Assembly (NCBI GenBank): GCA_945907765.1 | Contig: CAMDTO010000001.1 | Coordinates: 28,083-92,082 of the forward strand | Source: Thermoflexus hugenholtzii JAD2 | GTDB lineage: Bacteria; Chloroflexota; UBA11872; UBA12225 | Direction of reading: 5' to 3' | DNA: 64,000 bases | In this document: positions 62,735 through 64,000 of the stretch, one piece after another | Numbering within the stretch: position 1 is the stretch's first letter | Layout of the letters: each line of letters begins with the position of its first letter | The notes under the pieces: generated by a model | The model's input: only the letters and a program-made list of their open reading frames with translations | Told to the model about the DNA's origin: nothing | Database searches by the model: none | Translations under genes and position numbers: made by a program

Positions 62735-63877
62735 ATGAAAATCGATCGTATTGAGACGTTTCTCGCCCATGTGGGACGACGAAACCTGTGCTTCGTCAAG
62801 GTATCGACGGATGAAGGCTTGCATGGGATTGGCGAGGCCTATTCGGTCGGGCCTGACCTTGCGACCGTTGCGGCGATTGATGACTTTGCGTCGTGGCTTA
62901 TCGGGCAGGATCCAATGCGGATCGAACACCTCTGGGCGCTGATGTATAACGGCACCCGCTTCCCGCCCGGTCCGACGATCCTGTCGGCGCTTTCGGGTAT
63001 CGAACACGCCTTGTGGGACATCAAGGGCAAGGCGCTCGGCGTCCCAGTGTGGCAGTTGCTGGGGGGTGCGGTGCGAGACCGGATCCGCGTCTACCAGAAC
63101 CCTGGTGGAGGGTCACCAGAGGAGACCGCAGAACGCGCACTTGCGCTGATAGCCAAGTATGGGTACACGGCCCTGAAGATCGGACCGCATCCCGCTGGGT
63201 CAGACCGCATGCCGTGGCCGGCGGTCGTGCGCGGGGCCGCGGCCCGCATGAAGGCGCTTCGCGATGCGGTCGGCGACGACATCGAGATCGGCCTCGATCC
63301 CCATGCAAAGATCTGGGAGCCGGTCCGCGCCCTCCAGATGGCGCATGCGGTGGCGGAGTACAACCCGTACTTCTTTGAGGAGCCAATCCGACCGGAGAAC
63401 ATCGACGCGATGGCGTCGTTCAAGCGTCAGTGCCCGATCCCGGTTGCGACCGGGGAGTGCCTCTACACCAAGTTCGAGTTCCGGGAACTGCTCGCACGCG
63501 AGGCGGCTGACATCATTCAGCCGGACGTGTGCCTAATGGGAGGCTTGTTGGAAATGAAGAAGGTTGCCGCGATGGCCGAGGCGCATTACGTGATGGTCGC
63601 GCCCCACAATCCGATGGGCCCGATTGCCACTGCGGTAAATGTGCATTTCTGTGTGAGCACGCCAAACGTCGCCGTGCTTGAATACACACCAGATGACGAA
63701 GGGCCCCGACGGGATATTGTGAAGGAACCCATGCGCGTCAAGGATGGGTACATCGAACTTCCTACCGCCCCCGGTCTCGGGATCGAGATTGATGAGGCGG
63801 CGTGCCAGCGGTATCCGTACAAGCCTTGGCGTCGTACCAACGCGGTTCGTCCAGATGGATCAATCGGGTTCAACTGA
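62735..63877 (+). CDS. Mandelate racemase/galactonate dehydratase-like enolase superfamily enzyme
   Basis: 'ALWDIKGKALG', 'ALK', 'LDPH', 'FFEEP', 'ATGE', 'QPD', 'APHN', 'PGLG'. Confidence 0.9.
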   Translation: MKIDRIETFLAHVGRRNLCFVKVSTDEGLHGIGEAYSVGPDLATVAAIDDFASWLIGQDPMRIEHLWALMYNGTRFPPGPTILSALSGIEHALWDIKGKALGVPVWQLLGGAVRDRIRVYQNPGGGSPEETAERALALIAKYGYTALKIGPHPAGSDRMPWPAVVRGAAARMKALRDAVGDDIEIGLDPHAKIWEPVRALQMAHAVAEYNPYFFEEPIRPENIDAMASFKRQCPIPVATGECLYTKFEFRELLAREAADIIQPDVCLMGGLLEMKKVAAMAEAHYVMVAPHNPMGPIATAVNVHFCVSTPNVAVLEYTPDDEGPRRDIVKEPMRVKDGYIELPTAPGLGIEIDEAACQRYPYKPWRRTNAVRPDGSIGFN

Positions 63878-63888
63878 TCGGGCAGAGG

Positions 63889-64000
63889 ATGCGGATTGTG
63901 ATTGGTGGTGGCCGATCGGGGCATTGGGTATGGCGCGTCACGCGCGTGCTGCTCGTGGCGGGCATCACCTTTCATACGTCGCTCCCCGTCGCCACATTTC
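63889..64000 (+). CDS. Possible start of a CDS running off the window
   Basis: ATG 12 nt after the previous stop; frame open to the edge (MRIVIGGGRSGHWVWRVTRVLLVAG...). Confidence 0.3.
   Translation, partial: MRIVIGGGRSGHWVWRVTRVLLVAGITFHTSLPVATF

Overview
High-GC bacterial chromosomal core region, most consistent with Chloroflexota (inferred from gene order and protein families; no database search was possible). It has about 50 CDS and one tRNA-Val(CAC). Recognisable blocks: purH with a divergent RibD-C/DHFR-like gene; a HelY-like helicase; pyrF; iscA-like, yugP-like, rlmN, rpe; rpmB, fakA, recG, rsmD, coaD, yceD, rpmF, fabD, fabG, accC, nusB, tatC; rluD and lspA; a pyrR-pyrB-pyrC-carA-carB operon with a PyrR-binding leader; a decaying Liv-type ABC transporter; cinA-C, ftsK, rnj; and scattered sugar-acid catabolic genes. 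I saw no CRISPR array, prophage, integrase or IS element, and no clear multi-gene novel system. The most unusual items are: an ~895-aa membrane-anchored acidic protein with ten 33-aa (99-bp) repeats between rsmD and coaD; a pseudoknot-capable RNA upstream of purH with ZTP-riboswitch-like topology but non-canonical sequence; a probable ATC start codon behind a perfect Shine-Dalgarno (SD); repeated leaderless-gene signatures; a structured rpmB leader; and a TatC with an extra N-terminal membrane segment.
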